In this document: positions 34,953 through 43,769 of the stretch, in pieces
Layout of the letters: each line of letters opens with the position of its first letter
Position numbering within the stretch: position 1 is the first letter of the stretch
DNA from: Candidatus Woesearchaeota archaeon
GTDB taxonomy: Archaea; Nanobdellota; Nanobdellia; Woesearchaeales; JAAOYA01
Length of the DNA: 64,000 nucleotides
NCBI GenBank assembly: GCA_018221105.1
Contig: JAAOYA010000008.1
Span: 64,648 to 128,647, forward strand
Direction: 5' to 3'
Notes under the pieces: model-generated
Seen by the model: only the letters and a program-made list of their open reading frames with translations
Database searches by the model: none
What the model was told of the DNA's origin: nothing
Program-made: the position numbers and the translations under genes

Positions 34953-35759
34953 ATGATTCTTTCAAAAGAGGAAGCAATATCGTTAGTACTATACTATTCT
35001 GAACGCAATAGAATTACATCAATAACTAAACTGAACAAAATCCTTGCTAGACTAAATCTTCACATGATTCCGATAGATGTAGATTTCAGACTTAATAAAT
35101 ATGGTTCGTTCAGTACTGACCTAGTATTAGAATCTACCGATTATTATAATATCTATGAGTATCCTGCAAGTTTCGGTGATGGAAAAGGACTACACATTGT
35201 ACAAAAAGGTCGGGAGCTTGCAAAAGAAGTTGTAACTACTAAACTTTCAGAAATAATGAAATCTCAAGAAATTAAAGAGTTAGAAGACGAAATAAATGAT
35301 ATGAGCAAGAAGCGTGCTGATGAATTATCTAATGACGAACACAAAATGTTATTTGTTGATATAGATGACAGAACTCATCTAATAAGCAGGATACGTACTG
35401 TTCATATCGATTTTTTAGATTTGTATGAAGAAGTAAAGAAGCAAGAAGCTAGTACTATAGCAGACATAACATTTAGCGCACTAGTAGAGTATTGTTTTTA
35501 TCTTTCAAGTTTTTTTATGAAGAAAAGATTTAAGAATATTGAAACCGCTGGAGATTATGATTTTGATGCTTACATGTTCGATTATTATTTTTTGTATAAC
35601 CTAGAACAAATAATCCCTATCCTTAAAAAACAACTTGGTGTTGATAAGAAAGATGAAACTTTGTTAAACAAATTTTATCAGTATTTTGTTCAGTCTATTA
35701 AGGAACAAAAATATCCTTTTTCAATTGATAATAAACATTTAAAAGATTTAATAGTTTAA
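34953..35759 (+). CDS. SocA/Panacea (DUF4065)-like winged-helix protein, possible antitoxin
   Basis: SITKLNKIL...F.LNKYGSFS resembles the TKLQKL...YGPFS pattern; start refined to ATG 34953. Confidence 0.55.
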   Translation: MILSKEEAISLVLYYSERNRITSITKLNKILARLNLHMIPIDVDFRLNKYGSFSTDLVLESTDYYNIYEYPASFGDGKGLHIVQKGRELAKEVVTTKLSEIMKSQEIKELEDEINDMSKKRADELSNDEHKMLFVDIDDRTHLISRIRTVHIDFLDLYEEVKKQEASTIADITFSALVEYCFYLSSFFMKKRFKNIETAGDYDFDAYMFDYYFLYNLEQIIPILKKQLGVDKKDETLLNKFYQYFVQSIKEQKYPFSIDNKHLKDLIV

Positions 35760-35760
35760 A

Positions 35761-36348
35761 ATGACATTATATGATAATAACACTTATTCCTTTGATGATT
35801 GTTCAATATTTAATCTGTGCGAAATTAATATCCCTAACTCTTGGAGCGAGATGTTTGGCACTAATCGTTTAAGGTCTTATAATTATGGAAAATTAGTTCG
35901 TTTAATGGCTTCATTGAATCAACAAAATATTATACCTTATCGTTTTATTCCAGAAAGTGAAAAATTTAATAGTAATTTGATTAAACATGCTAATCAACTT
36001 TTGATTAAAACAAAGATAAACCCTGCTTTCATGGACTTAGTATTTAAAAAAGAAGTTATAGAAAGTTTGAAATTTTCTTTTAAAGGAGTTTTGAAGGTGT
36101 TTAACACAATACAAAAGAATGATAATTTTCAGAATATTAAACAGTTTTTTGAACAAAACTGTCAAGTACCAACTAATGTGCCAAATAATGATGATTGTAA
36201 AATCATTGGGGGATTAAACTCTTTTAATTGCTTGGGCAATAAATTTTTTATTAGTGCCGATAATCATTTTCGCAATAATTGTGACTTGATTAAACAAGAA
36301 TGGAATATTACTATAGTGCCTGAACACGAATGTCATTTACTATGTTAA
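35761..36348 (+). CDS. PIN-like domain protein, possible toxin
   Basis: Early FDD, D.KII, FISADNHF; starts 1 nt after the upstream stop. Confidence 0.55.
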   Translation: MTLYDNNTYSFDDCSIFNLCEINIPNSWSEMFGTNRLRSYNYGKLVRLMASLNQQNIIPYRFIPESEKFNSNLIKHANQLLIKTKINPAFMDLVFKKEVIESLKFSFKGVLKVFNTIQKNDNFQNIKQFFEQNCQVPTNVPNNDDCKIIGGLNSFNCLGNKFFISADNHFRNNCDLIKQEWNITIVPEHECHLLC

Positions 36349-36401
36349 ATTTAACGCTTGTTTTACGCATATTTTAAATATTGTTATTTTTGTAGCATTC
36401 C

Positions 36402-37613
36402 ATGGCTAAAGATAAGTTTAGTGATGATTTGTTAGAGTCTAAAAGAAAGAAGTTTTTTGAAGCTGTTCACAGGATTTGTAAAAGAAGAAAGTTGCCTATT
36501 CCTGATTTGAATTTTAATGGTTGTTCTGAAGAAAGCGATGACGAACTCGCGCATTATCATCCTGGTTCTAACACTATTTGTGTTTCTAAACAAAAACTTG
36601 TAAAGCTTAATTTTAATGACATTGAAGAAGTAGCTGCTCATGAAGTTTCTCACATAGTAAAAGCAGATCATAGTCCGGAGTTTTATAGGCAAGAAGAAGT
36701 AAGTAAGGTTGCAGGCTTTCACGCCGGCCCAGGAGTTATTCACGTGGACGGAAATGCAAAAGATACTTTCAAGAAAAGCAGAAAATCAAAAGATGATAAA
36801 ACTCGATGCAATTATCATTTGTGTCGAAAACAACGAAAGCTTGAACAGTGTCCGCACTGCAAAAACTATTATTGTCACGAACACATTAAACCTTTTGAGC
36901 CTTCACTAATGAGCACCAGAGGACACGAAAAACATGAAGAGGGACATCCTTGCGCTGTATACGCAGAACATAAAATTCATGAGAAGAAAGCACAGGATAA
37001 TAAATGGGGAGATTGGCTTGCAAAGCACGCTACAAAGCCATCGTCTGGCAAGAAATATAAACCAAAGTATAAAGAAGATCATAGATTTGATTATGTAGGT
37101 CATAGGCCAGACCATATAAAAGATGCACGTCAAAAGGACAAAATCAGAATTAGCGATGTCTTTAGGCTTATCACACGTGGAATTGGAAAATTATTGAAAT
37201 TTCTTTTTATTATAGCAATCATAGCAGGATTGGCATATGGCGGATTTATCTTGTTTCAAAATTATAAACCATTAATTATGGAAAAACTATCAAAAGAATC
37301 CAGTAGAGTTGAAACTATTGAAGAACCGATCGTTCAAAACACTATAAAGTCACCCATTCAAGAATTATTAGAGGCCGGCTCTATAAATACGGAAGTAACA
37401 ATATCTGGAAAGTATCGCTTTGAAGAAAAAGAGTTCGATGATCTAACACTACGTGATAAACTTGCGGATAACCAAGGTTATAACATATACTTTTTACTAA
37501 AAACGCCCAGAGGATTTAATAAGCAAAAAACTTACAAAATTACAGGCCTATTAAAAGAAGTAGAAGGAACAAAATACATAGATGTAAACAAGCCAATAGA
37601 AACAGTAGACTAA
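36402..37613 (+). CDS. Membrane-anchored zinc metallopeptidase with AN1-like zinc finger
   Basis: HEVSH...H..EF, C..C...CPHC...YC.EH...H.C, one TM helix, C-terminal OB-like domain. Confidence 0.75.
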   Translation: MAKDKFSDDLLESKRKKFFEAVHRICKRRKLPIPDLNFNGCSEESDDELAHYHPGSNTICVSKQKLVKLNFNDIEEVAAHEVSHIVKADHSPEFYRQEEVSKVAGFHAGPGVIHVDGNAKDTFKKSRKSKDDKTRCNYHLCRKQRKLEQCPHCKNYYCHEHIKPFEPSLMSTRGHEKHEEGHPCAVYAEHKIHEKKAQDNKWGDWLAKHATKPSSGKKYKPKYKEDHRFDYVGHRPDHIKDARQKDKIRISDVFRLITRGIGKLLKFLFIIAIIAGLAYGGFILFQNYKPLIMEKLSKESSRVETIEEPIVQNTIKSPIQELLEAGSINTEVTISGKYRFEEKEFDDLTLRDKLADNQGYNIYFLLKTPRGFNKQKTYKITGLLKEVEGTKYIDVNKPIETVD

Positions 37614-37614
37614 A

Positions 37615-38298
37615 ATGAAAATGGTTCATTATCTTATAGAGTTTAGATTTCAAGGTATTGCAAAAAAAAGAATTAAAAGTCTAATATGGGATGTTGATAA
37701 AAAATGCAGAATAGGTAACGCAAAAAAGAAAAGACCAATACCTCATATCACTTTAGTCGCCCCTTTTACAACGAAAAAAGAGTCAAAACTGATTAGCGAT
37801 TTCAACAAGTTATGCACGGATTATCCTTTGATGAAATTTACTATAAAAGGATTTAGCACTTTCGAGAATAACAGAGTTGTTTATCTCGATATAAAACCAT
37901 GCAAAGAACTCAATAAGTTCAGATGGAAATTATCAAAAAAACTACGTTCATACTGTAAACTAAAACCCCTTGATTACAAAAGAAAATACTATTTTCATTC
38001 TACAATTGCTATGAAGCTTGAACCGAAAAAATTCAAGCAAGTAAAAAATTACATCAAAACAAAACCAAAGCCAGATTTTAAGCATGTAATGGTAAGAGCT
38101 ACACTACTAAAAGGACAATATATTCTTAGAGAGTATGATTTTCTATTAAGGCAATCGCTTACAAGAAAATTAGCAAAGAGTAGAAATATGAACAAAAAAA
38201 CAACTTCTTTGCTAACAAAATATTTTGAAGGAAAATTTAATCCCAACAAAAACATTAAAAAATCGTTATGGAGGAAAATAAAAACTATTTTTTCATAA
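37615..38298 (+). CDS. 2H phosphoesterase (2'-5' RNA ligase family)
   Basis: PHITL and FHSTI HxT motifs. Confidence 0.88.
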   Translation: MKMVHYLIEFRFQGIAKKRIKSLIWDVDKKCRIGNAKKKRPIPHITLVAPFTTKKESKLISDFNKLCTDYPLMKFTIKGFSTFENNRVVYLDIKPCKELNKFRWKLSKKLRSYCKLKPLDYKRKYYFHSTIAMKLEPKKFKQVKNYIKTKPKPDFKHVMVRATLLKGQYILREYDFLLRQSLTRKLAKSRNMNKKTTSLLTKYFEGKFNPNKNIKKSLWRKIKTIFS

Positions 38299-38453
38299 AA
38301 TCTTTAATTAACTAGTCAATTTCTCAATCAGAACAGTTTTTGCCCTCTTTTTACCGTTTAGTTTATAAATGATTAAATTTTTCGCTACTTGAAGAATAGT
38401 TTCTAATGACTGTTTTTTACATATTTACAAAAAATCAATTAGAAGTGAAAGCT

Positions 38454-39689
38454 ATGAAAGCATTTGAACAACTCGGTATTGAAAGCTCAATACTTAAGGC
38501 TTTAGAGAACAAAGGTTTTGATAGTCCTACCCATATCCAAGAAAAAGCCATCCCGCACATTTTAAAAGGTGAAGATGTTGTTGGACAGTCCGAAACTGGC
38601 AGTGGCAAAACTTTAGCTTTTGGCGCTGGAATAATACAAAATATCAGAAGAGGACAAGGTATTGGAGCTTTAATATTAACCCCGACTCGCGAGCTTGCAG
38701 AGCAAGTTAGCAGTGCACTACAAAGTTTTTCAACGCTCAAACCTTTAAAAATCACAGCGGTTTATGGTGGTGTTGGCATCAACCCACAAATTAATAGTTT
38801 ACAAAAAGCTGATGTTGTCGTTGCAACACCCGGCAGGTTATTAGATCATTTAGAGCGCAGAACAATTAACCTGTCAAAAGTACAAATACTTGTTTTAGAC
38901 GAAGCTGACAGGATGGTTGACATGGGATTTATTGACGATGTAAAAAAGATTATAACACAATGTCCTAGAAAACGTCAAACACTACTTTTTTCTGCAACAC
39001 TCTCACAAGATATCAAAAACATTGAACAACGATTCATGCACAATCCAATAAGAATCAGCGCACGACAACACGTTGATCCAACAAAACTAACACAAAGCTA
39101 TTATGATACCAACCAAAAAATGAAGTTTTCACTTTTAATACACTTGTTAAAAAATGATTTATACTCCTCAATACTAATATTTTGCAATACTAGACGCCAA
39201 GTAGACTTTCTAACGAAAAATTTAACACAACAACAAATTAGCGCAGTGCCAATTCATGGCGGTTTCACACAAGCTAAAAGAAGTGATTCAATGAAAAAAT
39301 TTCAAACAAACAAATCAAACATTCTGGTTTGCACTGACGTCGCTGCTAGGGGCTTGGACATTCCAAACGTTTCACACGTTTACAATTATGACTTGCCACA
39401 AGACAGCAAAGAATATATTCACCGCATTGGCCGAACAGCCAGGGCTGGAAAAAAAGGCAGTGTTGTAAATCTTGTAGCTGACCGTGACCACGACAATTTT
39501 TCTAGTATTATAACAAGTCATAGAGAATTAAAAATCACTCGTTTAGCACTACCACAATTTGAAAAGGTCACCATTAAAGATTTTAAAAAAACCAAGAAAA
39601 CATTTAAAGGCAAATCTTCTTTTACTTCTCAAAAACCTTCTTTTAAAAAAAGAAGTTTTCACAAGCCACGAAAACACTTTAACCGTTAA
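38454..39689 (+). CDS. DEAD-box RNA helicase
   Basis: Q motif, TGSGKT, PTRELA, DEAD, SAT, HRIGRTAR. Confidence 0.96.
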   Translation: MKAFEQLGIESSILKALENKGFDSPTHIQEKAIPHILKGEDVVGQSETGSGKTLAFGAGIIQNIRRGQGIGALILTPTRELAEQVSSALQSFSTLKPLKITAVYGGVGINPQINSLQKADVVVATPGRLLDHLERRTINLSKVQILVLDEADRMVDMGFIDDVKKIITQCPRKRQTLLFSATLSQDIKNIEQRFMHNPIRISARQHVDPTKLTQSYYDTNQKMKFSLLIHLLKNDLYSSILIFCNTRRQVDFLTKNLTQQQISAVPIHGGFTQAKRSDSMKKFQTNKSNILVCTDVAARGLDIPNVSHVYNYDLPQDSKEYIHRIGRTARAGKKGSVVNLVADRDHDNFSSIITSHRELKITRLALPQFEKVTIKDFKKTKKTFKGKSSFTSQKPSFKKRSFHKPRKHFNR

Positions 39690-39744
39690 TTTAAAACATT
39701 ATTAGAGCACAATCTTTATAAATAAAACGCAAATACACTGTTTA

Positions 39745-39820
39745 TTCGATGGACAAAACGGTCAAATTGGCTTTTTTGTGCTGGAGAAAAGAATCATTGT
39801 TCTTAACTCTTTTAATCGAA
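39745..39820 (+). promoter_or_regulatory. Candidate structured 5' leader of rps15 (three-way junction)
   Basis: TTCGAT/ATCGAA encloses ACAAAA..GGTCAA/TTGGCT..TTTTGT and AAGAA/TTCTT hairpins; begins ~23 nt after TATA 39715-39722. Confidence 0.5.
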
Positions 39821-39843
39821 AAAATTACTTTGGAGTTGATATT

Positions 39844-40299
39844 ATGAGTCGAATGCACTCAAGAAAAAAAGGCAAGAGCGCTTCAACAAAGCCATCAGAG
39901 AAGAAAAAGCCAGGATGGCTTCGCTATACTGCAAAAGAAGTAGAGCTCTTGATTGGAAAAATTGCAAAAGAAGTAAAGAATCCTTCACAAATAGGATTAT
40001 ACCTTCGAGATAATTATGGTATTCCTGATGTTAAAACAATAACAGGCAAGAAAATAAACCAGATTTTAAAAGAAAAAAACTTGCTTGGCGAAATACCTGA
40101 AGATTTGCAAGCACTACTTAGAAAAAGTGTTGATATTAGAAAACACTTAGAAGAAAATCATAAGGACATGCCAGCAAAGCGTGGATTGCAATTAACAGAG
40201 AGCAAGATATTGCGACTTGTAAAATATTACAAGAAAACTAATAAGTTGCCAGCTGATTGGAAGTATGATCCATCAAAAGCACGCATGTTTATCGAATAA
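39844..40299 (+). CDS. rps15: 30S ribosomal protein S15 (uS15)
   Basis: MSRMHSRKKGKS, PSQIG.YLRD.YGIP, LQLTESKI.RLVKYYK. Confidence 0.97.
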   Translation: MSRMHSRKKGKSASTKPSEKKKPGWLRYTAKEVELLIGKIAKEVKNPSQIGLYLRDNYGIPDVKTITGKKINQILKEKNLLGEIPEDLQALLRKSVDIRKHLEENHKDMPAKRGLQLTESKILRLVKYYKKTNKLPADWKYDPSKARMFIE

Positions 40300-40376
40300 A
40301 ACTTTTTTTTATTATTTTTTTACTACTTTTGATTTTAACAAAAGTAATTTAAACAAGAACAAAATAGTGAACAACA

Positions 40377-41789
40377 ATGAACTATGAAAATTTTAGTGCA
40401 CAAATAAAAAAAGTAGTTAGTGCTTTTAAAAAAGTTGATAAGAGCAAACCATTAAGAATCATCAGTCACTTGGACGCTGACGGCATAAGCGCTTGCGCCA
40501 TTTTAAGCAAAGCTTTAAGTCGTGAAAACTACCATTATAACACTAGCATAGTGCACCAATTAACAAACGAATTACTTGCAGAGCTAAAAAAAGAAAATTA
40601 TCAAACATACATTTTTTGTGATCTTGGAAGCGGCCAATTAAAAGCCATTAGCGAACAATTAAACAATAAAACAGTTTTTGTCCTAGACCATCACATCATC
40701 GAAAAAACAAATTTAGCAGACAATATCAATCACTTAAACCCTCACGATTTTGACATTGACGGCTCACAACAAATCAGTGGTTCTGGAGTGACTTTTTTGT
40801 TCACACTAGAATTAAACAAAAAAAATGAGGAGTTGGCACGACTTGCAATCATAGGAGCTATTGGCGACGTGCAAGAAAATAATGGTTTTGAAAAACTCAA
40901 CAATAAAATTTTAAAAATAGCACAAGAAAACGGCAGTATTAGTGTAAAACAAGGACTTAATTTTTTTGGTCGTCAAACAAAACCATTGCACAAACTTTTA
41001 GAGTATTCAACTGACAATCCTATACCTGGTGTTAGCGGCAGTGAAAGTGCTGCAATACAATTTTTGAGTGAAATTGGAATAAACCCGAAAAACGGCACTA
41101 TTTTCAAAAAATATATTGATTTGACTGAAGTTGAATCAAAGCGTTTGACAAGCGCTATTTTAGCAAAGCGCTCACAACTTGACAATCCACAAAATATTAT
41201 TGGAAACATTTACAAACTACCACGCGAGAAAAGCGGCACACCATTTGGTGATGCTAGAGAATTTGCAACACTACTGAACGCTTGTGGCAGAATGGGCAAG
41301 GCAAGTGTTGGTATTGGAGCTTGTTTGGGTGATGAAAAACTAAAAAAGAAAGCTTTGCAAGGACAAAACGATTATAAGGCAGAGATTAGCAGTGCACTGT
41401 CATGGTATGAACAAAACAGCAACAATAATAAAAAAGTTTTTGTAGGTAGTGGTTTTATCATAATTAATTGTGAAGACGAAGTTAATCCTACAATTGTTGG
41501 AACACTCTCAAGCATTCTGTCAAAGGGTCGAAAGCTCGACGATGGAACTCTAGTATTAAGCTTAGCGCGCAATTTTGATGGCACAACAAAAGTTTCACTG
41601 CGCATTGCTGGCAGCACAGATTTAGATTTGAAAGAAATAATCACTGAAATAGTTAATGTTGTTGGTGGCGAGAGTGGAGGTCACCAAAACGCTAGCGGAG
41701 CATTAATTAAAACTAGTAGTGAAAAAGAATTCATAGAAACCGCCAAAAAAATTTTATCACAAGTTAGTATTGAAGAAAAAATAAAATAA
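40377..41789 (+). CDS. RecJ/GAN-like DHH nuclease (Cdc45 homolog)
   Basis: SHLDADG, DLGSG, DHH, EFATLLNACGR, GGGH-like GGH; conserved archaeal position after rps15. Confidence 0.9.
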   Translation: MNYENFSAQIKKVVSAFKKVDKSKPLRIISHLDADGISACAILSKALSRENYHYNTSIVHQLTNELLAELKKENYQTYIFCDLGSGQLKAISEQLNNKTVFVLDHHIIEKTNLADNINHLNPHDFDIDGSQQISGSGVTFLFTLELNKKNEELARLAIIGAIGDVQENNGFEKLNNKILKIAQENGSISVKQGLNFFGRQTKPLHKLLEYSTDNPIPGVSGSESAAIQFLSEIGINPKNGTIFKKYIDLTEVESKRLTSAILAKRSQLDNPQNIIGNIYKLPREKSGTPFGDAREFATLLNACGRMGKASVGIGACLGDEKLKKKALQGQNDYKAEISSALSWYEQNSNNNKKVFVGSGFIIINCEDEVNPTIVGTLSSILSKGRKLDDGTLVLSLARNFDGTTKVSLRIAGSTDLDLKEIITEIVNVVGGESGGHQNASGALIKTSSEKEFIETAKKILSQVSIEEKIK

Positions 41790-41800
41790 TGATTTCAGAA

Positions 41801-42835
41801 TTATTTTTTTATGTTGTGAACTTTTACTACCGGCCAACTTATCTCAATTTTTTCTTTATCATAGCGTTTCTTTAATGCTTTTATGAACTCGTGTTTTGCC
41901 AGATACCTATCAACTGGTGTTTTGACGCGAAAAATTATGTTAAAGTCAATGTTTGAATCTCCAAAATTGTTAAATCGTACTAGTGGTTCATAATCTTTTA
42001 CTGTGCCTTCAAGTTTTTTGATGACTTTTTTTGTTTCATCAAGTGTTATTTTTTCTACTTTTTCTAAATCTTCACCATAATCAACACCGCACCCTATCAC
42101 AACACTCATTTGTTGTTCTGGCATTGACTTATTCATTATAGTACTTTCTGCAAGCTTGGCGTTTGGAATTATTACTCTAGTGTTTGGTAGTGTTCTTAGG
42201 CGTGTTGAGCGCCAACCGATTTCTTCTACAAAACCGCTAATGCCATCAACTTCTATGTAGTCTTCTGCTTCTATTGGCTTGTCAGTGATGATGTGAAGTC
42301 CTGCAAAAAAGTTTGCTAATGTGTTTTGTAAAGCTAGCCCTACTGCTAAACCGCCAATTCCAAGTGTTGCCACTAACGGTGTTAGTTCTACGTTAAAATG
42401 GCCAAGAATCATTAAAATAGCTACAATGTATATTACAACGCTTGCTATCTTGGTCAAAAGTTTTGGTGTTTTCTGGTATCTTTTAGTTACTTTAAACCAT
42501 TTGTTTACCAGTACTATTATGACTTTTGATGCGACGTGAGCCACTATCAGCACCATTATCACATAATACAAATTGTTAATCACTGAATTGTAAGGCTGCA
42601 TTATCGAAAGCTCAGTAATAGCTAAGTATATTCCTATAAGAATTATAATTAAATAAATAGGTTTTTCAACAATGCCAAAAACTACATCATCAATATCGGT
42701 TTTTGTGCGTTTGGCAATTCTTTTTATTGCCACTCGTGCTACAATGTCAAAGACTTGTGCTACAATAAAAAACACTGTCAGTACAAATAATGCTTTTATG
42801 TACTCATTAACTAATAAGAGTTGAAAATCAATCAT
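41801..42835 (-). CDS. mscS: Small-conductance mechanosensitive channel
   Basis: LGIGGLAVGLALQ.TLANFFAG, G.VEEIGWRST, IPNAKL. Confidence 0.93.
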   Translation of the reverse strand: MIDFQLLLVNEYIKALFVLTVFFIVAQVFDIVARVAIKRIAKRTKTDIDDVVFGIVEKPIYLIIILIGIYLAITELSIMQPYNSVINNLYYVIMVLIVAHVASKVIIVLVNKWFKVTKRYQKTPKLLTKIASVVIYIVAILMILGHFNVELTPLVATLGIGGLAVGLALQNTLANFFAGLHIITDKPIEAEDYIEVDGISGFVEEIGWRSTRLRTLPNTRVIIPNAKLAESTIMNKSMPEQQMSVVIGCGVDYGEDLEKVEKITLDETKKVIKKLEGTVKDYEPLVRFNNFGDSNIDFNIIFRVKTPVDRYLAKHEFIKALKKRYDKEKIEISWPVVKVHNIKK

Positions 42836-42876
42836 TAAAAGTGCTTAGCTTGTTAGAATTTAAAAAGCTTATGATT

Positions 42877-42892
42877 CACTGGTCACTGGACA
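42877..42892 (+). repeat. 16-bp promoter-proximal motif, copy 2
   Basis: CACTGGTCACTGGACA followed by TATAAAA at 42906. Confidence 0.7.
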
Positions 42893-42957
42893 AGTGCGTG
42901 TGAGCTATAAAAAGGACCAAAACTATACTAGTTCTATAAAATTTGTTTTTTTAGTTT

Positions 42958-42998
42958 GGCAGGGCACCATCTTGACCCCTTCGCCTTGCCTACTTTTT
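42958..42998 (+). other. Stem-loop with U tract in the leader of two microgenes
   Basis: GGCAGGGC/GCCTTGCC stem followed by TACTTTTT. Confidence 0.4.
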
Positions 42999-43026
42999 AA
43001 ACAAAATAAACTTTGAGGTGATATTA

Positions 43027-43152
43027 ATGACTAGTATTGATGTTAGTAACAAAACAATTCAAGATTTGTTTTACAAACAAATCAAGAGCTTGACAATGAA
43101 AACCTGCAGTCTTGAAAGCTTCGAGGTACAATTTAGTGATAGGTGGTTATGA
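43027..43152 (+). CDS. 41-aa hypothetical microprotein
   Basis: GAGGTGA RBS; MTSIDVSNKTIQDLF...; ATGA overlap with the next gene. Confidence 0.6.
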   Translation: MTSIDVSNKTIQDLFYKQIKSLTMKTCSLESFEVQFSDRWL

Positions 43153-43286
43153 TGGATACAGAAATTGAAATTATACGAGGACCTGTTGAAGAGTTTTATT
43201 GTGAGCAAGCCCTGCAAGCCCTTAGAGATGCTGACTTGATTGATGACGAAGAAGAAGCCTTTATGATAGGTTATCTTAAAAGCTAA
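43149..43286 (+). CDS. 45-aa acidic microprotein
   Basis: AGGTGG RBS; ...DLIDDEEEAFMIGYLKS. Confidence 0.7.
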   Translation: MMDTEIEIIRGPVEEFYCEQALQALRDADLIDDEEEAFMIGYLKS

Positions 43287-43310
43287 TAATTTTTTATTAT
43301 TATTTTAAAA

Positions 43311-43580
43311 TTATAGAAGTGTTCTTATTCTTTCAATGTGATCAGCGACTTCTTGGCCTTTTTTTGTTAAGGTTAATAGTTTTAATCTTCCTTGCTTGTC
43401 AAAGTTTATCAGACCGCTTTTTTCCATTTCCTGTAATAATTTTACAACATGAGAATATGTGCAATCAATTACTTTTGCAACATTGGAGGCGTAAATGTCA
43501 TTTTTAGAATTCTTTAATGTTACCAGCATCATGGCAGGTTTTTCTCTAAAAAACACATTGAATATTTTTTCTTTGGACAA
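43311..43580 (-). CDS. Winged-helix (MarR-like) DNA-binding protein
   Basis: YASNVAK.IDCTYSHVVKLL...GLI...GR...LT.KG. Confidence 0.88.
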   Translation of the reverse strand: MSKEKIFNVFFREKPAMMLVTLKNSKNDIYASNVAKVIDCTYSHVVKLLQEMEKSGLINFDKQGRLKLLTLTKKGQEVADHIERIRTLL

Positions 43581-43769
43581 GTCACATCCCCCACTTATTT
43601 TTGTACAATTTTACAATTATAAACCTTCGTATACTCAAAAAGTTATTTTACAATATAACTTTTTGGATATGTTGTTTCTTTTGATTGTGTATCATAATAA
43701 CTTATATATAAATGTTTTGCAATGTTCGTCAAACATAATTTTAAAAATAATCACAAAAACCCATTAAAA

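Noticed and set aside
38392-38417. Hairpin in the DEAD-box helicase 5' UTR
   Set aside because: AT/GU-rich and weak; not distinguishable from background
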